A stretch of DNA of 64,000 bases from a virus (Duplodnaviria; Caudoviricetes). The position numbers were made by a program, and so were the translations under genes. The DNA is taken from the IMG/VR virus record IMGVR_UViG_3300013936_000026, positions 1,813-65,812 of that record; one strand, written 5' to 3'. A model generated the notes under the pieces. That model was not told the DNA's origin. It saw only the letters and a program-made list of their open reading frames with translations, and made no database searches. Each line of letters opens with the position of its first letter. The first letter of the stretch is position 1. Positions 46,877 through 55,303 of this stretch are shown piece by piece.

Positions 46877-47179
46877 ATGGCATATTATGTAAAAGTGAAA
46901 CCAGAGGTGAAGGATAGAATCCTTCCCTCTTTTGTTACTGGCACCAAGAGTGCCGACGGAAACATCATCTTGTTTCAGAGTGATTTGAATGGTGTTGCAG
47001 GGCTTACCCTCAGCGACAGGGCAAAGGCTGTAGGTGGTGCTCTCCTTACTCCAGAGCAAACACGCATGGAGATTGATGGAACTATAGAAAATCCTGCCAA
47101 GTGCTATGACCCTGATGAGAAGGAGGAAGCAGCTATTGGAAGTGATGAAAACAAAGAAAGTGAGGTGAACAATGGCTAA
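46877..47179 (+). CDS. Small tail-module protein
   Basis: Operon packing; 8-bp overlap with the next gene. Confidence 0.55.
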   Translation: MAYYVKVKPEVKDRILPSFVTGTKSADGNIILFQSDLNGVAGLTLSDRAKAVGGALLTPEQTRMEIDGTIENPAKCYDPDEKEEAAIGSDENKESEVNNG

Positions 47180-48269
47180 AGCGTCTACTACAGGTCAGAT
47201 TACCGTTGTAAGCAATGGTACTACCTTCTATACCGTCATTCAGTGCCAACTGGGTGACTTGTATCAAACTTATCTTGGTGATGTTGATGCTCCTGCCAAT
47301 ATCACTCCAGATTTCGAGGCTAGTGGAGCAACTAAACCTATCTTGGTGTTCTTAGCTTACTCCTCAGAGGTAGGCAGTGGCAATGGCTTGGCTTCCATCT
47401 CTGATGCCAACATGCACTGGTTCATTGGCACAACAGAGCTTACCTTTGACTCACAGGGTGTTTCAACAAACACATTTGGTGGTGAGACTGGTCATTTCAC
47501 CAAGACCACACAGCAGATTGGTGACGCTGAGAGTGGATATGTGAAGGTACAGGCTTTGCAGGTAAATAAGAACCTTGTGAAGGTGAACAGCTGCAACTCC
47601 TTCCTTATCAGGGGCGAGGCTGATGTATCAGTAGTTAACTCTTCCGTAAAGCTTTCTTCTGCTTATCAGGTATCAATTACCTTGGGCACTGAGAACACCA
47701 AGAGAGTAACCATCGTGGCTGGCGACACCAACTATTTCACCATTCGTTCAAAGGGTGGCACTTGCAAGTTGAAGGCAATGGTGGACAACAAGTCCGCTGC
47801 TGGTCTTGGCTACACTTTTAAGTGGTACATTGAAGTAGGTGGAGAATGGAAAGTCCAGACTGAGACATCTGATGTTATAAGCATCTTGGAGTCACAAGTT
47901 AACTCTTCTGCACTTGTCAAGCTGGAAGTATACAAGGGTGATGATTTGTATGGGCAGGATGTGCAGACAGTGAATGATGCCTCAGACCCTTACAATATTC
48001 ATGCAAATCCATGTGATGACAAGGGCTTCCCTACCGTGGAACAGTTCACTAGAGGTGATGGCAAGACTATCTATTACAAGCCTATCCTTTGGTACAATGA
48101 CAATGGTGTGCGTAATACCGTCAAGAATCAAAAGTTCAAGATGTGGATTTACGACAATGCAGGTGTTTCCTTGCAAAAGTTTGAGACTGCTGCCGATACT
48201 TTCGAGGTGACTAGTGAAATGATTGTGGGACATGGTGGTGCAACATACATCATCCAAACAGCAGATTAG
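47172..48269 (+). CDS. Tail-module protein with Ig-like character
   Basis: Beta-strand rich; YTFKWY motif. Confidence 0.55.
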   Translation: MAKASTTGQITVVSNGTTFYTVIQCQLGDLYQTYLGDVDAPANITPDFEASGATKPILVFLAYSSEVGSGNGLASISDANMHWFIGTTELTFDSQGVSTNTFGGETGHFTKTTQQIGDAESGYVKVQALQVNKNLVKVNSCNSFLIRGEADVSVVNSSVKLSSAYQVSITLGTENTKRVTIVAGDTNYFTIRSKGGTCKLKAMVDNKSAAGLGYTFKWYIEVGGEWKVQTETSDVISILESQVNSSALVKLEVYKGDDLYGQDVQTVNDASDPYNIHANPCDDKGFPTVEQFTRGDGKTIYYKPILWYNDNGVRNTVKNQKFKMWIYDNAGVSLQKFETAADTFEVTSEMIVGHGGATYIIQTAD

Positions 48270-48272
48270 CCT

Positions 48273-49304
48273 ATGGGTAGTAATATCTTAGCATCAGCCA
48301 CAGGCACCATCACTGAGGTTGAGAAGGGTGAGAAAGGTGCAGTAGAACGTCCTAGAAGCTGGGATGATATTGCAGATGGCTCGTCTATAGAATCTGGCTC
48401 TGATGGCGAGAAGTGGCTAGACATCGTGTTATATGGTGATAACTGGTATCAGTGCATCAAGTCTTTCACAAAAGGTAATGGTGTTGTTCCAAGCAACACC
48501 ATCTACTTTAAGAACATCACCGACTACAAGAGGTTAGCCACAGGACTTTTCCTTGCCAGCAAGGCTTATATCCATAACCTCGGAGTTGACAATATCCTCA
48601 TCACCGACCAAGGCGAAGGCAAAGGCAACGTGCTGCTGAAGGCTGACAAGGATGGAATTGAGTGCAAAAGTGGTAAATTCGAGAATGTGACGGTTAGTGG
48701 GGAAGTAAACGCTACAAGTGGCAGTATTGGCAACATGACAATCTCAGGTGCGCTTGGTGTATCTGAAAACAAAAATGGTGTTGTAATAACGAAGAATTCT
48801 TTCAATTATTACCGATATGATAGTATATGGACTGGAGCATCTATTGTTTCAATTGACGGTAAGGAAGATAATCTCGTCTACATTAGGGGAACTAGTGATA
48901 CGAACACGAAGCCAGTAGTTAAAATATCGAAGAAAAGCATTTTTGGCATTATAAATGGAACAGCTTTGGAGGTTGAAGGAGATCTGGAAATGGATGGCCA
49001 AATTCTTAATTTTAAACATCATGTCCAACATACAGATGGTAGTATTAACGTCACTTCTGGGTGTTATGTTTATGGCGGAAGTTCAGGTAAAGATACATTT
49101 TACCTTCCTAATGATGTATACTTAGGAACTGTATGTGTAATATGTAACGAGGGAACTAGTACTCTTACTATATGTGTAGGTAGTTCTTCCGATAAAAAAT
49201 ATTTTTGGGCAAAAGGATATACCGACAAGATTCAATCTAAGACATTAGCAACTGGCGATATTGCATACGCCATTAAGACAGGAAATTATTGGCACGTATT
49301 ATAA
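48273..49304 (+). CDS. Tail fibre / receptor-binding-like protein
   Basis: GEKGEKG, LATGLFLA..A.I.NL, G.V.ATSG.IG motifs; AT-rich variable C-terminal half. Confidence 0.6.
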   Translation: MGSNILASATGTITEVEKGEKGAVERPRSWDDIADGSSIESGSDGEKWLDIVLYGDNWYQCIKSFTKGNGVVPSNTIYFKNITDYKRLATGLFLASKAYIHNLGVDNILITDQGEGKGNVLLKADKDGIECKSGKFENVTVSGEVNATSGSIGNMTISGALGVSENKNGVVITKNSFNYYRYDSIWTGASIVSIDGKEDNLVYIRGTSDTNTKPVVKISKKSIFGIINGTALEVEGDLEMDGQILNFKHHVQHTDGSINVTSGCYVYGGSSGKDTFYLPNDVYLGTVCVICNEGTSTLTICVGSSSDKKYFWAKGYTDKIQSKTLATGDIAYAIKTGNYWHVL

Positions 49305-49329
49305 TATGTTAAATCAAAGATAAAGTATT

Positions 49330-50103
49330 ATGGCAATAAAGACAAAGAGAATGAGTGACTGGCTCTCGCAGAATGGCGAGGCAATCACCAACGCAAGCAA
49401 GGCTTCGATGATAAAGTGTCTCAACCAAGACCTTCGCCCCTTGCAGGATGGAGTATACATCGGCAAGATGCAGAACGATGGTTGGGGAACACAGAGTGGC
49501 GATGACTATGCTAACATCGGCTCATACATGCGATGTGAGCCTTGGCAGACAACGGGTATCGGCATATCCTCTGGAGATGCTGATGCCATCGTCATCCAGT
49601 TTGGGGGCTACAGGCTTGGAATCGCATTGACGGAGCCTAGCGCAGCAATGAGTTGGGGTAGCAGTCAGAGTGCTGTGGGCTACCAGACAACTGGAGATTT
49701 GAATACCTTTGATGGTAAGACTCGCACGGCAGGTGTGATGGCAAGCAGCACCTTCAAGAACGATGATCCAGCCACCTATGCCGTGGCTTACTGCTACAAC
49801 TATATGACCAAGCGCACGGAAGGCAGCAAGATTTGCCAGATAGGCAAGCACAACTGGTGGCTGCCTACCATGGGCGACCTGTCGCTGATACACCAGCACT
49901 TCGAGACCATCAACCTAGCCCTACAGCGTATCAAGGACGCAGGAAAGCAATCTGTAGACCTGTTGCAGCGCACGAACTACTGGTCTTGTTGTGAGTATTC
50001 GGGCAACTACGCCTGGTATCTGAATTTCAGCACTGGCAATCGGTACTACTTCAACCTTAAGGTTGACTACAAGTTTCGGGTTCGCCCTGTTACAGCATTT
50101 TAA
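49330..50103 (+). CDS. DGR target protein (C-type-lectin / DUF1566-like fold) with C-terminal variable region
   Basis: WWLPTMGDL, YWSCCEYSGNYAWYLNF..G...RVRPVTAF; variable positions use NNC/NNT codons. Confidence 0.85.
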   Translation: MAIKTKRMSDWLSQNGEAITNASKASMIKCLNQDLRPLQDGVYIGKMQNDGWGTQSGDDYANIGSYMRCEPWQTTGIGISSGDADAIVIQFGGYRLGIALTEPSAAMSWGSSQSAVGYQTTGDLNTFDGKTRTAGVMASSTFKNDDPATYAVAYCYNYMTKRTEGSKICQIGKHNWWLPTMGDLSLIHQHFETINLALQRIKDAGKQSVDLLQRTNYWSCCEYSGNYAWYLNFSTGNRYYFNLKVDYKFRVRPVTAF

Positions 50104-50241
50104 TCATTTTACCTCTTCACCTCTTTATCTCTTTCATCCGTAGGACGGCAAGCAAGACTGTAGGAGGGTGGAGAGGTAGCGAACAAATCGAGTAATAATA
50201 AAACAAATAGTTTCTTAATTAGGCAAAACAGCAAATATCAA

Positions 50242-50289
50242 ATGGCACTGGCAAAGGATTTAAACAAAAAGGGAAAGGTAAGTTTATAG
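50242..50289 (+). pseudogene. Possible 5' stub of a DGR accessory (avd-like) gene: MALAKDL then into the opposite-strand terminator
   Basis: Position just after the variable region; N-terminus recalled from Prevotella avd-like four-helix-bundle proteins; only 7 codons match. Confidence 0.4.
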
Positions 50290-50301
50290 CTTACCTTTCC
50301 T
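50263..50301 (-). terminator. Terminator of the minus-strand cassette
   Basis: Minus-strand ggaaaggtaag-ctataaa-cttacctttcc followed by a T run. Confidence 0.7.
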
Positions 50302-50667
50302 TATACTTGCTTGCATCAACCCACCCATCAAATAGCAAGCCTCCTCACCATACATATCTATCAAATCATATTCAGCTATATGCTGAACCACATGCAGCAT
50401 TTCGTGGCTGAGGCTATTGGCATATTCTCCAGATGAAGTAGTCCAACCAATAGCCACAACCGACTTTCGCAAAGAAACATTCGAGTAGGTGAGTCCCTTG
50501 TTAGCCTCACCTCTGAGCACGAGATTAGAGGCATCTTCGAGAGGAACGCCCTTGCATCCCAAATCCCGAAGACACCTTCTCACATACATGGCATCCCTAG
50601 ACCTTACATCATAAAGCACATGCACTGTCCAGTCATACCTCTCCAGATAAATCTCCTGCTCTGTCAT
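50284..50667 (-). CDS. HExxH metallopeptidase-like protein
   Basis: SLSHEMLHVVQH...EEACY. Confidence 0.65.
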   Translation of the reverse strand: MTEQEIYLERYDWTVHVLYDVRSRDAMYVRRCLRDLGCKGVPLEDASNLVLRGEANKGLTYSNVSLRKSVVAIGWTTSSGEYANSLSHEMLHVVQHIAEYDLIDMYGEEACYLMGGLMQASIRKGKL

Positions 50668-50672
50668 ATATC

Positions 50673-51095
50673 CTACAATATTTCATCCCATGGAATGCCC
50701 ACACCATTCAGCGAGCAATCCGCATAGAAGCGGTTGAAGATGAAACCATCCTGTTGATCCTCGTCGTCCACATAGTCTTTTACAAACTGAGCTAGCGTTT
50801 TCTCGTCCATGATGGATGAGGCGTAGAAATCAGCAAGAGCCATGTGGTACACATACACGAAATCCCAACCGGTGTTGTTCTCCAGCTCGATACTCTCCTT
50901 CTTCAAGAGCTCCTCAATATCCTCACGCTTCATCACACGGATAGGCTTCCCATTCTTCCGCATCTGCTTTACCGCCCACTCGCACATCTTTTTGTTAAAG
51001 TGCCAGCCATTGTGCCTCAGATAAGCTTTCATCTCCTCTGGCTGATAATCGTAGGCATTCAAAGATATTCTTTGTTTTCTCATAATCGTAATCAA
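50673..51095 (-). CDS. Conserved phage protein (cassette member)
   Basis: YLRHNGWHFNKK, DFVYVYHM, FYAD motifs. Confidence 0.7.
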   Translation of the reverse strand: MITIMRKQRISLNAYDYQPEEMKAYLRHNGWHFNKKMCEWAVKQMRKNGKPIRVMKREDIEELLKKESIELENNTGWDFVYVYHMALADFYASSIMDEKTLAQFVKDYVDDEDQQDGFIFNRFYADCSLNGVGIPWDEIL

Positions 51096-51147
51096 TTAAA
51101 AGAAAGGTTTGGTAGCGAAAATGATTTCGTCACCAAACCCCACTTAG

Positions 51148-51423
51148 TTAATACTCCTCGCCGTAGCCTCGGTAGTCACGTCCCATGCGCTCACGCTCCT
51201 CACGATGGCGCATGTCCTCGTAGTCCTCATGCTCTCGCATACCGTGTCTGCCTACACCGTAACCTCGGTAGTCGGGCATACGGTTCCGCTCGCCGTATCG
51301 GTCTTCATTCTCATGTTTCATCTTGTCAAGGCAAGTCATAGCCTTGCCACCGAAGCGAAGCATACTCTCGATGTTCTCGTACAAGTCATCAAACTTGTCT
51401 TCCGTAATCTCAATCATAACCAT
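51148..51423 (-). CDS. Charged low-complexity protein (R/E/D/Y/G-rich)
   Basis: ORF track; cassette packing. Confidence 0.65.
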   Translation of the reverse strand: MVMIEITEDKFDDLYENIESMLRFGGKAMTCLDKMKHENEDRYGERNRMPDYRGYGVGRHGMREHEDYEDMRHREERERMGRDYRGYGEEY

Positions 51424-51461
51424 AATTCAAAGATTCTTTAGTGAATGGATAGAGTAGGAGA

Positions 51462-51962
51462 TTACTTGTTGACAGCCTTTTCGAGCAAGCCCATCATGCG
51501 GTCAAGCTTTCCTTCCATGCCAGAAACCTTGCCCTCCAGCTTCGAAATCTTCTCAGCCTGTTCCTTCTCCTTGGCTATCTGGGGGTTGAGTTGCAGTAGC
51601 ATTCCCTCACAAGACTTTACAACCTTCTCGTGGTAATCTACGCTCTCCAGTATCGCCCTCGAAGTCCTCAGCATCGCATCCACCTCCGCACTCATCGCAT
51701 CCTTGCTTTCACTCACCACAAGGTTCTTGTCGTTGGCTATCTGACCGTTGGCTGGCAACTGCTTGAAGTCCACCTCCTCATCGCCAATTTTCACTTTCAC
51801 ATCTACCACAGATTCCATAGGCTGCGGCGTGAAGCCATTGTTAAACGATGGGTACTTGGTCTGCGGATTGCTTACCGAAACAACCTGTCCGATTCTCAAA
51901 GTCGGGTTCTCGCCTTTATCCAAGACATAGAACAATGAATTTTGTCTTAGTCCAGAAAACAT
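51462..51962 (-). CDS. Conserved cassette protein with C-terminal coiled coil
   Basis: MFSGLRQNSLFYVLDK N-terminus; heptad repeats. Confidence 0.7.
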   Translation of the reverse strand: MFSGLRQNSLFYVLDKGENPTLRIGQVVSVSNPQTKYPSFNNGFTPQPMESVVDVKVKIGDEEVDFKQLPANGQIANDKNLVVSESKDAMSAEVDAMLRTSRAILESVDYHEKVVKSCEGMLLQLNPQIAKEKEQAEKISKLEGKVSGMEGKLDRMMGLLEKAVNK

Positions 51963-51990
51963 AATGTAATCTCCTATCTATTCAATCTTG

Positions 51991-52335
51991 TTAAACAATA
52001 CCCGTCATCAGTTGAAGGGTGTTAGTGTCTCTCTCAAACCAGAACTGTAACACGCCAGTACCAGGAATATCAGCCACCGTAAGAGCCTCACCATTGTACT
52101 TAGTCACAGCCTGAGTTACGCCGTTGGTCTCGAAAAGGATAGGCAGCGTTGTTGTGGTGCCAGTCGGAATCGACTGCATCAGGTTCACGAAAATCGTTCC
52201 CCTGTAGTTCGCATTCACGAAGGCGTGATTTCTGAACGAGAAGACAACATTGTCCGTGTTCACCGTCACGCCCTGTGAAGCGATAGCCGCCGAGCCTCTA
52301 CGGTTCACCCATGCAAATGGATTCATCCATACCAT
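51991..52335 (-). CDS. Conserved cassette protein, beta-rich
   Basis: ORF track; cassette packing. Confidence 0.7.
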   Translation of the reverse strand: MVWMNPFAWVNRRGSAAIASQGVTVNTDNVVFSFRNHAFVNANYRGTIFVNLMQSIPTGTTTTLPILFETNGVTQAVTKYNGEALTVADIPGTGVLQFWFERDTNTLQLMTGIV

Positions 52336-52354
52336 AGTAGCCTCCTTTCTTAGT

Positions 52355-53347
52355 TTAACCCCAGAAACCAGCGTTGTTCAAACCATTCAAGCCGTAAAGC
52401 CCATACTGTGCAGCGATACAATTAGGCACCGCCGTGAATGGGCTATAAGGAGTTGTCACAGTCTCTGGCAACTTGCACTTGATGCCAGCCACCTCGCTCT
52501 GCAATCCTGCGAGCACTTGGTTAACAGGAGCCAATGCCTGACCCACAATCTGAGAGGTCATTGCACTAGACTTGAAGGTGCTGTTCTCCTCACGCAAGTG
52601 GTCGAGCTTGTCTTGCATCTCTCTGAGTTCAGCCTGACGCTGACCGTCAACGATGGTCTGAGTGCTGTCCTTGATGGCGTTCTGAATGTCGCAAGTCTGT
52701 CTCTGTGTCTCGTAAGCTACGCTAGAGAAACCACGCTCCTGACCTACAGCCACGTTGTTGATGGCGTTGTTCAAGGTGCCAGTCTGCTGACACATCGCCA
52801 ACTTGATGTTACCATCCATTGCCGTGATGTTGTTGTTCACCTTGCAGCAGCAGTCTGCGAGCTGAGAAGCAATCTGCATATTGCCTTGCTGCAAAGCGTT
52901 GATAGTCTGCATACCGCTCATACCCACCTGATTGCCCACGTTCTGAACCTGAGAGGTAAGGTTGCTAATGGCGTTCTGAATCTGTCCTTCGGTGCAATTC
53001 AGCTGAGTAGCCAAGTTGCTGATGGCATTGCGATTTCCACCAATGGCATCCATCAAGAGAGAGCGACCGTAGTCGTTGTTGATTTCGTTGGCGAGACCTG
53101 CACCACGACCACCGCCGAAGCCATTGCCACCCCAACCGTTGTTACCCCATCCCATCAAGAAGAACAGGAAGATAACCCAGATAAACATACCACCGCAATC
53201 TCCCCAGCCACCATTGCCTTTGCTGTTCATGGCGAGAAGCACGTTTGGGTCAACGCCCTGCTTCTGGAGCAGTGGCGCAAGAAGTCCTAGCATACCATTG
53301 TTGCCGCTAGTACCTTCATTTCCGAAAACATAAGTTTTGCTTTCCAT
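52355..53347 (-). CDS. Gly/Asn-rich membrane protein with long coiled coil (first gene of cassette)
   Basis: TM FIWVIFLFFLMGW flanked by G/N-rich tracts; start MESK at 53347; minus-strand promoter at 53392-53399. Confidence 0.75.
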   Translation of the reverse strand: MESKTYVFGNEGTSGNNGMLGLLAPLLQKQGVDPNVLLAMNSKGNGGWGDCGGMFIWVIFLFFLMGWGNNGWGGNGFGGGRGAGLANEINNDYGRSLLMDAIGGNRNAISNLATQLNCTEGQIQNAISNLTSQVQNVGNQVGMSGMQTINALQQGNMQIASQLADCCCKVNNNITAMDGNIKLAMCQQTGTLNNAINNVAVGQERGFSSVAYETQRQTCDIQNAIKDSTQTIVDGQRQAELREMQDKLDHLREENSTFKSSAMTSQIVGQALAPVNQVLAGLQSEVAGIKCKLPETVTTPYSPFTAVPNCIAAQYGLYGLNGLNNAGFWG

Positions 53348-53605
53348 AAAAAATGATAGATTAATCGTTTCGTCCACTATTGAACTTGTTGCAAAGGTAC
53401 TCCAAATCCTCGGCGTGACCTAACTATGCTCAAAAATAAATTTGTAAGCAAATATCTATTGAAAATCAATGATTTACGATGAGCAAGAAACTGCTCACTT
53501 ATTTAGTATTATTCTAAATTTTAAAGAAACCCCGGCATGACCGATACAACTTACCGATATTTTTACTACTTTTGCCAGAAAATAACGCTTATAACATTTA
53601 TCAAT

Positions 53606-54052
53606 ATGAAGAAAATTATAACACTTTTACTTTTCTGTATAGTGGCAATAAATAACTATGCGCAGTATATTTCACCAAAAGAAAAGAATACTTTAAAAAA
53701 TTACTTTATGAGTATGTGTAGGGAAATGAATCAACAAACACCGATTCGTGTGGATGATACTACAACTCTTATGTATGTAACATTTACAGGGTGGACGCTC
53801 TCTTATCATTACAAAATGGCGGACAGATATAATGATTTTACTGATTCTCAGAGAAATTATATATTGTCTGAAATTAAGAAAAATGTCATTACTGGTTGGA
53901 AGAGGGAAATAAGAACTTGGGACAATTCTGTAACATATTCTCAATATGTCTCATACTTAGCAAAACTTGGAATTAAATTTAATTATACTTATGTAGATTG
54001 TAATAGCATGCCTTTTGGAAATATTACAATAACATGTCGTGATTTAAAATAA
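53606..54052 (+). CDS. Secreted accessory protein
   Basis: Signal peptide MKKIITLLLFCIVAINNYA; promoter tacttttg at 53567-53574; AT-rich. Confidence 0.65.
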   Translation: MKKIITLLLFCIVAINNYAQYISPKEKNTLKNYFMSMCREMNQQTPIRVDDTTTLMYVTFTGWTLSYHYKMADRYNDFTDSQRNYILSEIKKNVITGWKREIRTWDNSVTYSQYVSYLAKLGIKFNYTYVDCNSMPFGNITITCRDLK

Positions 54053-54063
54053 AAATTATAAAT

Positions 54064-54372
54064 ATGAAGAAATTACTATTATCAATTTATGTCTTTCTAG
54101 GATGCTTTATCTTAAGATTAGTCAGCGATTATAAAGCTGTATTTGGTTGGGATGAAGGTGTGGCTGATGATTTGTACCACCCAACGCCTATTGTAAAATT
54201 AATCTCAGAAGCAGGAATAGTTTTGCTTGATATGATAATCATCATACCAGTAGCCTTACTTATTAATCGCTGCATAAGTGAGAAGAACGAGTATAAAACA
54301 TTAATTTCGCTATTAGGTTCTTGTGCGATATATGATATTTTATTTCATATAATCAAACATATTTTTGCTTAG
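54064..54372 (+). CDS. Accessory membrane protein
   Basis: Three hydrophobic segments. Confidence 0.6.
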   Translation: MKKLLLSIYVFLGCFILRLVSDYKAVFGWDEGVADDLYHPTPIVKLISEAGIVLLDMIIIIPVALLINRCISEKNEYKTLISLLGSCAIYDILFHIIKHIFA

Positions 54373-54373
54373 T

Positions 54374-54610
54374 ATGAAGAAAATATTGATTGCAATAATG
54401 CTCTGTTTGTTGGCATCTTGTACAGATACTGTTTATATATGTACTGGTTCTTATTCAAGAAGATACCATAAAACAGAGTATTGTAAAGGTTTAAGAAATT
54501 GCGGAGGGGCTATTGTAGAGATTAGTAAAAAGGAAGCCGACAGCTCCTTTCGAACTCCTTGCCACATTTGCTATAGTAAAAAGTATAGGATGCAGCATAA
54601 TAATAAATAA
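54374..54610 (+). CDS. Lipoprotein with small Cys/His metal-binding domain
   Basis: Lipobox LASC; VYIC...YH...C..L..C...RTPCHIC. Confidence 0.65.
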   Translation: MKKILIAIMLCLLASCTDTVYICTGSYSRRYHKTEYCKGLRNCGGAIVEISKKEADSSFRTPCHICYSKKYRMQHNNK

Positions 54611-54613
54611 TGT

Positions 54614-55267
54614 ATGGAACAGAAATCTGGTATCAAGAGATTTTTATTAAATAGGTATATAAGATATATGGTATGGGCTTTAATGCTAGTGCCAGAATTG
54701 TATATGTTTTTCAAAAATGGGAGAGATTTAATTTATCAACAAGCTTTCCCTATCATAGCTATACTAATTCCTTTTATGCTTTCTAAAGGTCTAGGAAGCG
54801 AAAAACATGGTTACCATCGAATAAAATATAGATATTTGTATTGGGCATTATCGAATATTGTTTGCTGCTCAATGATGGCTCTTTTGGATTATTATTTTTT
54901 TGGAGAGGACTATTTAAGCGAGATGATAACCATCTCTTTGTTCTACCCAGTCGTTTGCTCTCCTTTTATAGTTGCACGAACGTATTATACCAAAGAATTG
55001 AATTTGCTTGATTATATTTACCGAAAATATGATGAGCATTTTTTGACTTTTGTCGTATCTATTGTTGTTGGATTCTACGTAGTTACGTTTTTAGTGTTAT
55101 GGATTAGTGTCCAATTAAAATTTAACTACATATTTTTCCCTTCCAATCATAACGAGGCTTGGATGTTTATTCTCTTGACGATGATAGAAGCAGTATTATA
55201 TACAATTATTTATTATATCTATTTTTGCTATAAAAAGAAGAACCAAGATTATATATATTATAGATAA
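54614..55267 (+). CDS. Polytopic accessory membrane protein
   Basis: About six hydrophobic helices; AT-rich. Confidence 0.65.
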   Translation: MEQKSGIKRFLLNRYIRYMVWALMLVPELYMFFKNGRDLIYQQAFPIIAILIPFMLSKGLGSEKHGYHRIKYRYLYWALSNIVCCSMMALLDYYFFGEDYLSEMITISLFYPVVCSPFIVARTYYTKELNLLDYIYRKYDEHFLTFVVSIVVGFYVVTFLVLWISVQLKFNYIFFPSNHNEAWMFILLTMIEAVLYTIIYYIYFCYKKKNQDYIYYR

Positions 55268-55303
55268 AAATAAGGAGTGAGCCTTGCGCCCACTCCTTTT
55301 ATT

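Noticed and set aside
52250-53290. 346-aa plus-strand ORF
   Set aside because: Antisense shadow of a minus-strand cassette gene that has its own promoter
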